Positions 27,470 to 35,834 of a DNA stretch of 40,490 nt are shown piece by piece. Made by a program: the position numbers and the translations under genes. Below the pieces are notes generated by a model. That model had not been told where the DNA came from and searched no databases. It saw only the letters and a program-made list of their open reading frames with translations. Numbering within the stretch: the first letter of the stretch is position 1; each line of letters opens with the position of its first letter. Source of the DNA: Burkholderiales bacterium (lineage in GTDB: Bacteria; Pseudomonadota; Gammaproteobacteria; Burkholderiales; SG8-39); NCBI GenBank assembly GCA_964202115.1, contig CAXNIK010000002.1, forward strand, positions 1-40,490. Reading direction: 5' to 3'.

Positions 27470-28537
27470 CTATACCTGCCCGGAGGCTCTGGCGAAGTCC
27501 GCAGTCTTGCGAATCGATGATTCCAGCGATGTCCAGGCATCCAGACCCAGCTCCGTTCGTGCCCTGCCGATGTCGGGGACGTACCAGTTCCGGGAGAAAT
27601 TACCGACGCGGTTTCCGCTCTCGCCCAGCACCTGCACGGGCTTGCCGGGGCTGACGGTGTCGCGTACCAGATGGGCTAGGTCGAGGATGCTAACGGCTTG
27701 ATCGGAGCCGACGTTGTAGACACGTGCATGCCGCCCATTGACCAGCATAGTCAGCAGCCACACTATGAGGTCCGACATGTACAGAAACGAGCGCATGGGG
27801 GATCCGTCGCCCTTGACGACGATCGTTTCTGCGAACAGGGCGTCGCGGATGAAGTTGCCGATGGCGTAGTGGATGTCGAGCGGCAGATGCGGACCGACAA
27901 AAGAGAAGCAGCGGCCGACGGTGAACTCGAAGCCATGCTTCTGGGCGTAATAGGCGCAAAGAAATTCCGCGCTGCGCTTGGCGATGCCCAGCGCCGAATC
28001 CACCTGGGTCGTGTCCGGCGATCCGGGATACTCCTCGAGTATGCGCTGCATGCCAGACGGCGTCGGGCCGTAGGCCACGCCGGAACTGGTGAAGAAGACC
28101 TTCTTCGCCCCGCATCGGGCCGCGAATTGCAGCGTGCGCTCCGTTCCGTGCAGCAGGGTGTGGAATTTGCGCAGCTGGTCCTCCCCGTGGCTGGTTTCCC
28201 AGGCCGAGGTGGTGGCCATGTGCAATACGTGGGAAAACGACTCGTCTGGAAAGTCGAAACTCATCACGTCTCCACCGATCACGCGGACTGCACCGTCGCC
28301 GAAGAACTGCGGGAACTGCCGGCGGAAATTGTCCGGATTGCGGGTCAGCACCGTCGCCTTCAGGTCCGTTCCCAGGGTGCTGTTCGCGCACAGCATGGCC
28401 TCCAGCAGCCATCGCCCGAAAAGGCCGGTGCCGCCAGTGATGAAGAGGGACTGCCCGCGCAATGCTTTCCACAGAGGGGCGCTGCGGGCTGCGATGGCGG
28501 CGATATCCTCGCTCAGGAGATTCTGATCCGGTTTCAT
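27470..28537 (-). CDS. Extended SDR (NAD-dependent epimerase/dehydratase/reductase family), atypical active site
   Basis: LFITGGTGLFGRWLLEAML (GxxGxxG), FFTSSGVAYG. The position aligned with YxxxK reads LGIAK. ATG 28537 (MKPDQN) is 10 nt downstream of the Nudix stop; the longer ORF reaching 28669 overlaps the Nudix gene. Confidence 0.75.
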   Translation of the reverse strand: MKPDQNLLSEDIAAIAARSAPLWKALRGQSLFITGGTGLFGRWLLEAMLCANSTLGTDLKATVLTRNPDNFRRQFPQFFGDGAVRVIGGDVMSFDFPDESFSHVLHMATTSAWETSHGEDQLRKFHTLLHGTERTLQFAARCGAKKVFFTSSGVAYGPTPSGMQRILEEYPGSPDTTQVDSALGIAKRSAEFLCAYYAQKHGFEFTVGRCFSFVGPHLPLDIHYAIGNFIRDALFAETIVVKGDGSPMRSFLYMSDLIVWLLTMLVNGRHARVYNVGSDQAVSILDLAHLVRDTVSPGKPVQVLGESGNRVGNFSRNWYVPDIGRARTELGLDAWTSLESSIRKTADFARASGQV

Positions 28538-28547
28538 TACTTCTGGA

Positions 28548-29063
28548 TTACGGGCCGTCGATAAGGGAACGATAGGCCTCATGCTGCGGAATGATGTTGG
28601 CGGGGCAACCCTTATGCCACATCCATTGGTTGTTCCTGGGGTTGCCCGGGTCGAAACGGTGCGCTTCATCCGGCATGGAAGTCAGTTTGCAGCGATACAG
28701 CATCGAAATGAAGTGTCCGCGAATGTCCCGGTGTGGCGCCATGACTTCGCGGACGACGACCGGCGTGGCTTCGGCGGTTACGGACGCATCCAGTTCGCTT
28801 TCGGCAACTTTCTGAATGCGAGTGGCTGCATGTTCCTTGAACCGCAGGATGCCGCCTGGAATGTGCCAGCCGGGACCGTAAAATTCATCCGCTCGCCATG
28901 TGAGGAGGGTTTCGCCCGAGGCATTCTTGATCAGCAGGTCTACATTGACCATTGGCGTGAGCTGGCTGATGAAATAGAAGACGTCCTTGGGCAGCGACAG
29001 CCGGGGATTTTCTATCGCTTGCATGACTTCCGCCAACAGGGCCGGCAACGGCGCGCCGGTCAT
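28548..29063 (-). CDS. Nudix hydrolase, GDP-mannose mannosyl hydrolase (WcaH/NudD)-like
   Basis: 171 aa with VDLLIKNASGETLLTWR...GWHIPGGILRFKEHAATRIQKVAESELDA, a modified Nudix box as in GDPMH-type enzymes. ATGA overlap with the upstream gene. Confidence 0.7.
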   Translation of the reverse strand: MTGAPLPALLAEVMQAIENPRLSLPKDVFYFISQLTPMVNVDLLIKNASGETLLTWRADEFYGPGWHIPGGILRFKEHAATRIQKVAESELDASVTAEATPVVVREVMAPHRDIRGHFISMLYRCKLTSMPDEAHRFDPGNPRNNQWMWHKGCPANIIPQHEAYRSLIDGP

Positions 29064-30229
29064 GGCACGGTCTCCAGTCCGTGATCGCGCAAGATTGCCA
29101 CTTTCATCGAGGCGGGATAGCGAGCGCGAATCGTGCGGGCGACTTCGTCCGAATACGCTGCCGCCATGATGATGACGGCATCCACGGGGTCGCTGAGCAA
29201 TGTGTCGGGAGCGACGATGGGCACATGCGAAGCCGGGGTGAATTTGCCTTGCTTGAATAGTGCCGAATCGAGCACGTACTTGACCCTCTTGCCGATGTCG
29301 GCAAGGGCGATGACTGCCAGCGCCTGATGACCTGCGCCCCAGACGGCCACCCGGTTGGCGGGAAAACGGTCGATGAAGCCATTCAGGGCTGTAGCTATCC
29401 TAGTGCGGTAGTCCTCGAAGAAAGTCAGATCCGTCCGCGGCCGCTTGCGTACGATAGCCGAGAGTATGTAGTCATGCCACACGGGCTCGCATTCCAGCAC
29501 CTCGAAACCATTACGCTGCAGGGTGAAGGTCAGGGTGTCGCGAGTGAAATACAGCAGATGATCGGCGATGAACTCCGAGAACAGTCCCATTTTCAGGATC
29601 ATGTCGAAGTTGGGCACTTCGACCATGCCAATGCTTCGGTCAGCTAGATTCCTGCAAATTTCTTGCAGCGTAGCGTTGGGGTCGGGCCAGTGTTCAAGGA
29701 AGTTCAGGCAGACGAAGCCGTCAAAGGGCGCATCCGGCAGTAGTGGGGAATCGGCATCCATGAATGCCCGATGGACCGAGAGTTTCCGGTCGGCGCAGGC
29801 ATCCACCGATGTCTGCCCGAATTCGACGCCGACGGCATCGACAGGCAATTCACCCAACAACTCGAGATACTCTCCGCGCCCACAGCCGACTTCGAGGATT
29901 TTCTTGCCGGACAGGCTGTATTTATCCACCCATTGCTCAAACTGCACGCGGCGAAACTCCCGCATTTCCTCAGAAAAGGCTGAAGCCCTGATGACTTCGC
30001 GGTAATAGGGCACCGGTGGGTTGCTCAACTGCACGAGGCCACAGGCCGAACACTGGTACATCTCGAGATCCGCACCGGCATCAGTTTGAAGAGTTGCCAG
30101 AGTCGGGAATCCTTGGGCGGCAGCGGGCATATTTGAGTATCGTAGCGATGGCTCTTCGAACAATGCCCCGCCACACACCTTACAAGGTTGTCTGTTGCCC
30201 AGCTTTGCCTGACCCGATACCCAACCCAA
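29060..30229 (-). CDS. NDP-hexose C-methyltransferase-like protein (second TylC3-type architecture)
   Basis: N-terminal Zn-ribbon CKVCGG ... YQCSACGLVQLSNPP, SAM motif ILEVGCGRGEYLELL, and a C-terminal Rossmann-like domain (RVAVWGAGHQALAVIAL). The TTG start at 30229 is preceded by AAGGGGGA at about 8 nt, and there is no in-frame ATG upstream of the Zn-ribbon. Confidence 0.7.
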   Translation of the reverse strand: MGWVSGQAKLGNRQPCKVCGGALFEEPSLRYSNMPAAAQGFPTLATLQTDAGADLEMYQCSACGLVQLSNPPVPYYREVIRASAFSEEMREFRRVQFEQWVDKYSLSGKKILEVGCGRGEYLELLGELPVDAVGVEFGQTSVDACADRKLSVHRAFMDADSPLLPDAPFDGFVCLNFLEHWPDPNATLQEICRNLADRSIGMVEVPNFDMILKMGLFSEFIADHLLYFTRDTLTFTLQRNGFEVLECEPVWHDYILSAIVRKRPRTDLTFFEDYRTRIATALNGFIDRFPANRVAVWGAGHQALAVIALADIGKRVKYVLDSALFKQGKFTPASHVPIVAPDTLLSDPVDAVIIMAAAYSDEVARTIRARYPASMKVAILRDHGLETVP

Positions 30230-30309
30230 CTCATTTCCCCCTTGTATTTAATTTAACCTGCATCCACCTGATTCACTGCCTCCTCCCGGCGAGCCCAAGG
30301 ACAACTTAT

Positions 30310-31113
30310 CTATCCAAAGACTGTTATGCCGCCAGCCCACTGCTCAGATACCTGAGTGGTGTCCTTAGTGAGCATATTGGTCATGCACCAGAACTCCATA
30401 TGGGGGCCATATGCCTTGAGCAGTAGCACAAGGCGCGGATCTGCATGCACATAGGCCGACAAGCACACAATCGGCGTGTAGTGCTCATCGCTGATGAGCA
30501 GGTCGGGTGATCCGATCAGTGCTGCGCAAATATCCATGCCTCCGCTAAGACAGACATTGACGCCGTCAAGCTCGGGCAATGAAGTCATTTGCTCCCGTTG
30601 TGACCTTACATCGTACTCCTGCAGGGCTTGCGGAAAATACCAACCGACAACTGCAGCGCTCTGGCTTGCGTCTATAAACCGTTGGTAGCGGGATGCCTTG
30701 TCCAGCGTGATATGGCCTGGCAATTCGGAGTTGCTTTGCAGCACAGCCTTGAAATGGGCTTCCGGGTAGCGAGCGGTAAATGAACCCTGCAGATTTGACA
30801 GCAAAGTATTTTCAAGATTCGATCCAAGATCAACCTCGCTGCCAACACGCTGAAAGACGAAAGGGATGTGCACGCCTTTCAGCAGATTTGCATACGCTGG
30901 ACTGGCATTGAGTTTGTCAAGCAGGGCTTCGGCCCTGGATTTGAAATCAGCGGCCGTCAAACTGGCAGGGGAAACGTTGTACTGCTTGCAACGAACGAGA
31001 ATCTGCTGGTAGTCGAGTTTTGGCTGCGTCAATCTGTAGTAGTTGCTGGGCGTCTTCCCAAACAGACGCATGCCGTCGCCTGGAATACGGCGACCGATTT
31101 CATTGAAATACAT
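30310..31113 (-). CDS. Hypothetical protein, no recognisable family
   Basis: 267-aa ORF (ATG 31113 preceded by GGAG; GTG at 31116), 12-15 nt downstream of the radical SAM gene. No TM helices and no signature motif that I recognise. Clearly lower GC than its neighbours. Confidence 0.7.
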   Translation of the reverse strand: MYFNEIGRRIPGDGMRLFGKTPSNYYRLTQPKLDYQQILVRCKQYNVSPASLTAADFKSRAEALLDKLNASPAYANLLKGVHIPFVFQRVGSEVDLGSNLENTLLSNLQGSFTARYPEAHFKAVLQSNSELPGHITLDKASRYQRFIDASQSAAVVGWYFPQALQEYDVRSQREQMTSLPELDGVNVCLSGGMDICAALIGSPDLLISDEHYTPIVCLSAYVHADPRLVLLLKAYGPHMEFWCMTNMLTKDTTQVSEQWAGGITVFG

Positions 31114-31128
31114 CACCCTTTTCTCCGA

Positions 31129-32262
31129 TCAGCCATCAATAGCGGGGGCACGACCAAAACCGTGTTCATAGGGAACCGGTAGAAGCGGACTCACCTTCGA
31201 ATAATCGGCGACTGAACTATTATGGAAGTGGATGAAGTCTTTGTGTTCCCCAATGATGCATTCGTCGCGATATGGCCCCAGCCAGCTGTTCTTCATGCCA
31301 CGCTCAAGAATCACTGACAGCGGCTCCTTCGTGACATTCCCGATCGACAGATCCATATAGGGGCATGGAACAATCTCGCCATCGTGGTTGACCGTGTTGA
31401 TTCCCTTGACTGTGATGCAGCGCCCGGGTTGCCCATAGGAAGGGCTCATATGAGTGAATATGTTGTATTTATTTTCCAGGTACTTGAGGTGATCCACGTC
31501 CTTCTTGGTACACACCCAGGTATCTTGTTCCCGAGCCGTTCCAACTGGTTTGGCGAGCGTCACATACAAAGGTATCTCTTCAACCTTGCAATACTCGCAA
31601 AGGCTCAGGAATTCGTCAGAATATACGCGATCCTTGATGACGCAAGTCGAGATCAAGAGTTCAAGATTTGCATTCTTGGCTGCATCCAAAGCCCGCAATA
31701 CCCGCTTGTAGGAGCCCTTCTTGCCGCGAAACGAGTCATGCTCTTCTTCAATCATGCTATCAAGGGAGATTTGTGCCTTGTAACCGCCCAGACCCGCAAA
31801 CCACTTGGCCTTCTGGTCATCAAATGTCCAGCCATTGGTGTCCAGGATAATGAGGTGCTTCATCGGGTCAAGGGCCTCGATCAGCTTGTCCAGGCTCTTG
31901 TCCAGAAGCGCCTCGCCTCCGGTCAGCACAAAACGGAAGATTCCATATTCATCGGCTTGGCGTGATAACTCCCGGTACTCCTCCAAACCCATTTGCGGTC
32001 GGGGATCAATGGAACCGATGCGTTTTTTCAGATCCCGAGTCATGTAAGGTTCTTCGCAGCAATGTACACAATGAAAATTACACAAAGAACGGTTGATCTT
32101 CAGACGCAGAATCGGGCTGATTTGGCCGTCGAGCATGCCCTTGAAGTACTGCTGAATCTTTTCGTGAACGCGGGGACGCCTTTGACTCTGATCCTTGCGT
32201 TTGTTCTTCTCAGTCAAGGACAGGGCTTCCTGTTCTGCCAATATTTGAAGAGTGTTCGACAT
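31129..32262 (-). CDS. Radical SAM enzyme with C-terminal twitch/SPASM-like Cys region
   Basis: CNFHCVHC (CX3CX2C, residues 61-68), VLTGGEALL (GGE motif), and a C-terminal GRCITVKGINTVNHDGEIVPCPYMDLSIGNV. ATG 32262 is preceded by AGGAG at 7 nt. Confidence 0.85.
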   Translation of the reverse strand: MSNTLQILAEQEALSLTEKNKRKDQSQRRPRVHEKIQQYFKGMLDGQISPILRLKINRSLCNFHCVHCCEEPYMTRDLKKRIGSIDPRPQMGLEEYRELSRQADEYGIFRFVLTGGEALLDKSLDKLIEALDPMKHLIILDTNGWTFDDQKAKWFAGLGGYKAQISLDSMIEEEHDSFRGKKGSYKRVLRALDAAKNANLELLISTCVIKDRVYSDEFLSLCEYCKVEEIPLYVTLAKPVGTAREQDTWVCTKKDVDHLKYLENKYNIFTHMSPSYGQPGRCITVKGINTVNHDGEIVPCPYMDLSIGNVTKEPLSVILERGMKNSWLGPYRDECIIGEHKDFIHFHNSSVADYSKVSPLLPVPYEHGFGRAPAIDG

Positions 32263-32403
32263 TTCGGTCTCCTAGGTTTAAGTGTTAAATTGGCGGGACG
32301 CCACGATTAGACGCCCGCAGCAATTATGGCCAAATTCGTTGACAGCATCACGCCAATGCGATGGTCGCAATAATATCCTTACAATTATTTTCATTGTAGG
32401 CGG

Positions 32404-34224
32404 CTAATGTTTTCTAGTGCTTATTGAGGCATCTAGCAACGGGATGAGCATCTCCTTCTCCAAGATGCTCAGATCGAGCAACGGGGTCATGTCCTCCAGT
32501 GGCATGGATATCATGCTGCCATCGGGTTGCGGCATTGCGGCCGCCTTTGGCGAGAGGACTTCGTTTTCGACCAGACGCACATCTATGATGCAGGGCCGGG
32601 ACATTTCCATGACAGCATTAAGGTCTTTTGCCAAGCTTGCAGGTTTGTCGATCCGGCGGAACGCAAGCCCATAGGCTGTGGCAATGAGTTCCAAGTCGGG
32701 CAGTAACAGGCCGGCTTCGGGGCCGGTTCCTACGTAGCGCCCCTCAAAATAATTGCGCTGTGTGTTGCGGATCGAAGCATATCCACCGTTATTCATCACG
32801 ATCAGGCAAATGGGCAGGTTGAAGGCGCGAAGCGTGGCCAGTTCCTGGATATTGAGTTGCAGGCTGCCATCGCTTTCCACGGCGATCATCGGCTTTCGGT
32901 CATTTGCAAAACATGCGCCAATGGCTGCAGGCAATCCATATCCCATTGCGCCCAGACCCGATGTGAGAAACACTCTTTGCCCGGGCTTATTGCGAAATAC
33001 GGTATAGAACGCCTCCACCGCCAGACCGGAACTGCCTGTTGTGATGACCGCGCCTTCCGGAAAGGCATCCGACAAGGCGTCCATCAGCTGGTAATGCGAG
33101 ATCTTTCCCGCGGTTGGAAACGGCTGACCGTCGTTGACCGGATACCGCCGCTTCCAGTCCAGACAACGTGTCCGCCAAGGCTCCCAGTCAGCGTGGGACG
33201 GTGTCTCGTGCTGGTTGACTGCTTCAATGAACGCCATTGCGCTGCTGGCCACGGAAACGGCAATTTCCATGTCCAGTTTGTCGATTTCGTTCTGATCTAC
33301 GTCAACGATGATTTTTCTGGCTGCCCGTGCAAGGCCGCGCGGATTGTAGGCGGTGATGATGTTGTCCAAGCGGCTGCCGATGCTGATCAGGAGATCGCAA
33401 TTCTGCACGGCAAAATTCGGGGCCCGCAATGCAACCACGCCGGGACGGCCGATATTTAAATGATGGCTGTAGGGCAGAAGATCCAGCGCATTCCAGGTGG
33501 TGACGACAGGGATGCCGAGTTTTTCAACCCAAGCTCGAAATACTTCTGCAGCACCGGCTAGACGAATACCATGGCCGGCAAGCACCAAAGGGCGTTCCGC
33601 CTTGGCGATGAGCAACAGGATGTCCTTGATTGTGGCCACAGGAATTCCGTCTGCTTGCTGGGCAAGTTTCCGGGTCCACGGACGCAGGGCTGTCGGATCG
33701 ACTGGGGCGCCCTGAACATCCAACGGTACATCGATCCACACCGGGCCCGCACGGCCTTCGCGTGCCACATGGTAGGCCTCCTCCATGACTGCACGGATAT
33801 CTTCAGGCTGTTCCACCGTCACGGCGTATTTCGTAATACCCTGGACCATCCTGACAATATCGACTTCCTGTACGCCTTTCTGGCGCAGGGGGGCGTCACG
33901 CAGCATGTCTGCACGCTTGACCTGCCCTGTAAGGACCATGAGTGGCACGGATTCGATCCATGCTCCGGCAACTCCGGTGATGACGTTGGTGGCTCCCGGA
34001 CCGGTGGTCACCAATGCCACGCCGATATTCTCGTTGATTCGAGCATAGGCTTCGGCGGAAATGCCGACGGCTTGCTCATGAAGGCATGCCACGGTTTCCA
34101 GCCCGGGGCATTTGCCCACCGCATCGACCAGGTGCATATTGCCGCCGCCGGGCAGCAGGAAGACATGCCTGACCCCAATGCCGGCCACGAAATCAGCGAT
34201 AAAGTCTGCTACACGATAGTGCAT
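32404..34224 (-). CDS. Thiamine-diphosphate-dependent carboligase of the acetolactate-synthase/YerE type
   Basis: 606 aa. N-terminal Pyr domain: HVFLLPGGGNMHLVDA...HEQAVGISAEAYAR...VTTGPGATNVITGVAGAWIESVPLMVLTGQV. C-terminal ThDP motif: ESDGSLQLNIQELATLRAFNLPICLIVMNNGGYASI. It lies two genes downstream of rfbH, the position YerE takes behind the ddh genes in the yersiniose pathway. Confidence 0.8.
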   Translation of the reverse strand: MHYRVADFIADFVAGIGVRHVFLLPGGGNMHLVDAVGKCPGLETVACLHEQAVGISAEAYARINENIGVALVTTGPGATNVITGVAGAWIESVPLMVLTGQVKRADMLRDAPLRQKGVQEVDIVRMVQGITKYAVTVEQPEDIRAVMEEAYHVAREGRAGPVWIDVPLDVQGAPVDPTALRPWTRKLAQQADGIPVATIKDILLLIAKAERPLVLAGHGIRLAGAAEVFRAWVEKLGIPVVTTWNALDLLPYSHHLNIGRPGVVALRAPNFAVQNCDLLISIGSRLDNIITAYNPRGLARAARKIIVDVDQNEIDKLDMEIAVSVASSAMAFIEAVNQHETPSHADWEPWRTRCLDWKRRYPVNDGQPFPTAGKISHYQLMDALSDAFPEGAVITTGSSGLAVEAFYTVFRNKPGQRVFLTSGLGAMGYGLPAAIGACFANDRKPMIAVESDGSLQLNIQELATLRAFNLPICLIVMNNGGYASIRNTQRNYFEGRYVGTGPEAGLLLPDLELIATAYGLAFRRIDKPASLAKDLNAVMEMSRPCIIDVRLVENEVLSPKAAAMPQPDGSMISMPLEDMTPLLDLSILEKEMLIPLLDASISTRKH

Positions 34225-34233
34225 TGACGCGCC

Positions 34234-35739
34234 TTATCTCATCCAGTAGGTCAGCAGGGTTTTACGCTGCTTGTTAGCCATGATGGCCGGGTCTGTGTAG
34301 AACGAGTCATCCCTGAAATGCGTGGTCGATATTTCCTCAATGACCGCACCGGCCTGGCTCCTAAATGCATGTCTTGTGCCCGGTTCGATGGTAATGACAT
34401 CTCCCGGTTTGCATTGTCGTGGTTGACCGTCCAGCTCCAGGGTAATTTCCCCATACAGGACGTGGAATGTTTCCTCTTTCTGCTTGTGATACTGCTCCGG
34501 ATGCGATTGTCCCGGCAGGGTCACAAGCAGCTTCTTGCAGTAGTCGCGATTCACGACTGTGAGCATGGTGAGGCCTACGTCATCAAACCGGCCCAATCCG
34601 TAGTGGTGAGAGATGTCCAGTTCGGCACTGCCCGGAATCACAACCTGACTTTCTTTTAGAAAGGCCTTTACCCTCTTGACGATATCCCAGATTTTTTCGC
34701 GAGTATCGCTTTGCACCGAATTGGCCGGTGCGATGGCGCCGTCTGCGGCGATGGGTGCGGTGGCGGTGAATTGAGTGTATTTCGACCAGTCGTTGGCGGT
34801 GTATTGGTCGTCCTGGGGAGGGAACGCGAAATACACGTCTTCGCGCCGAACGATTTCGCCCTTTGAGATGGGGCGCCTGGCGAACACACCCCGACGCAGG
34901 GAGCGCAGGCTGGCTATTTCCTCAGGGTTCTCAGGACGCCGGACCTGCCCTTCACCGCAGACAGTCAGGGCGTATTCCGCCGCTGACAACCATGCATCCA
35001 CCTGTCCGGGAGAGGCCGAATAGGCATTGATCGGATATTTGTCTGTCGGCAGGCCGACGTGTTTCTCGAATATGGTCGCGCCCTTGGCAATGGCCATCTT
35101 GACCATGTCTGTGTTAGCCGGGTTCTCGTGGGTGGAAAAACCAATTCTTACACCCGGGTAACGCCGCTGCAGGAAGTCAAGTTGCGACAGGTGCATGCGC
35201 TCATCCGGGGTGGGGTATTCGCCGACGCAATGAAGAATGGCGAAATCCTTGGCGCGGTGCTGGAAGAAACTGATGACGCGATCAATGTCTTCCAGCTTTG
35301 CGCCGGCTGTCGAAGCGATGATCGGCCGGTCGGTCCCAACGATGCGCTCGAGCAGTGGCCAGTCGTTGAAGGAACAGCTGGCAACCTTGATGATGTCCAG
35401 TTTTTGCGATTCGATTGTGTCCACTGATGCCTCATCGAACGGGGTGGACATGGTGAGGAATCCCTGGGTACGAATTTCAGCTACAAGCCTGTCAAAATCC
35501 GCACGTGACAAGCGGGTTTCCGAAAAGCGCTTGATGTACTTGATGTCGTCCCGCCCCTGCATGGACGGGTGGATGAAAGTATCCAAGTCGCGGTATTGGA
35601 GCTTGAAAGCCATCGGAAAGCCGTGCTTTCTGCGGATTTCGCCAAAGGCACGAATCACGGCAAAGCCGTGTTCCATGTCCCCCATGTGGTTGTTGGCCAT
35701 TTCTAGAACAATGAGCGGGGTCGGAATTTTGGAAGTCAT
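34234..35739 (-). CDS. NeuB-fold (sialic-acid-synthase-like, PEP-condensing) enzyme fused to SAF and C-terminal cupin domains
   Basis: 501 aa from ATG 35739 (GAGG at 6 nt). NeuB block: PLIVLEMANNHMGD...IIKVASCSFNDWPLLERI...PIIASTAGA...ILHCVGEYPTP...IGFSTHE. SAF-like segment: RRGVFARRPISKGEIVRREDV. Cupin motifs: GQSHPEQYHKQKEETFHVLYGE and GDVITIEPGTRHAF. Confidence 0.8.
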   Translation of the reverse strand: MTSKIPTPLIVLEMANNHMGDMEHGFAVIRAFGEIRRKHGFPMAFKLQYRDLDTFIHPSMQGRDDIKYIKRFSETRLSRADFDRLVAEIRTQGFLTMSTPFDEASVDTIESQKLDIIKVASCSFNDWPLLERIVGTDRPIIASTAGAKLEDIDRVISFFQHRAKDFAILHCVGEYPTPDERMHLSQLDFLQRRYPGVRIGFSTHENPANTDMVKMAIAKGATIFEKHVGLPTDKYPINAYSASPGQVDAWLSAAEYALTVCGEGQVRRPENPEEIASLRSLRRGVFARRPISKGEIVRREDVYFAFPPQDDQYTANDWSKYTQFTATAPIAADGAIAPANSVQSDTREKIWDIVKRVKAFLKESQVVIPGSAELDISHHYGLGRFDDVGLTMLTVVNRDYCKKLLVTLPGQSHPEQYHKQKEETFHVLYGEITLELDGQPRQCKPGDVITIEPGTRHAFRSQAGAVIEEISTTHFRDDSFYTDPAIMANKQRKTLLTYWMR

Positions 35740-35834
35740 CGGATACCTCACTGCGAGAGTGGTTGAGGACGGTGATAAAGGTCGGTCATCTGCAAATTGC
35801 GTCGATTGGGAAACAGGCTTATGTGGGGTAGTGA

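Noticed and set aside
30532-30546. SGGMD in the 267-aa unknown protein, which resembles the PP-loop SGGxDS ATP-pyrophosphatase motif
   Set aside because: The motif lies about 75 residues from the C-terminus instead of at the N-terminus of a Rossmann-like domain. The final Ser/Thr is Ile. This is probably coincidental.
32293-32318. Bulged 7-bp hairpin (gcggg-a-cg ... cgcccgc) in the 141-nt spacer between the ThDP and radical SAM genes, considered as an internal terminator or attenuator
   Set aside because: The stem is short and bulged, and only a weak aattt follows it on the coding strand. I also found no convincing -35/-10 pair in the spacer. It remains just an AT-rich spacer that may hold an internal promoter.
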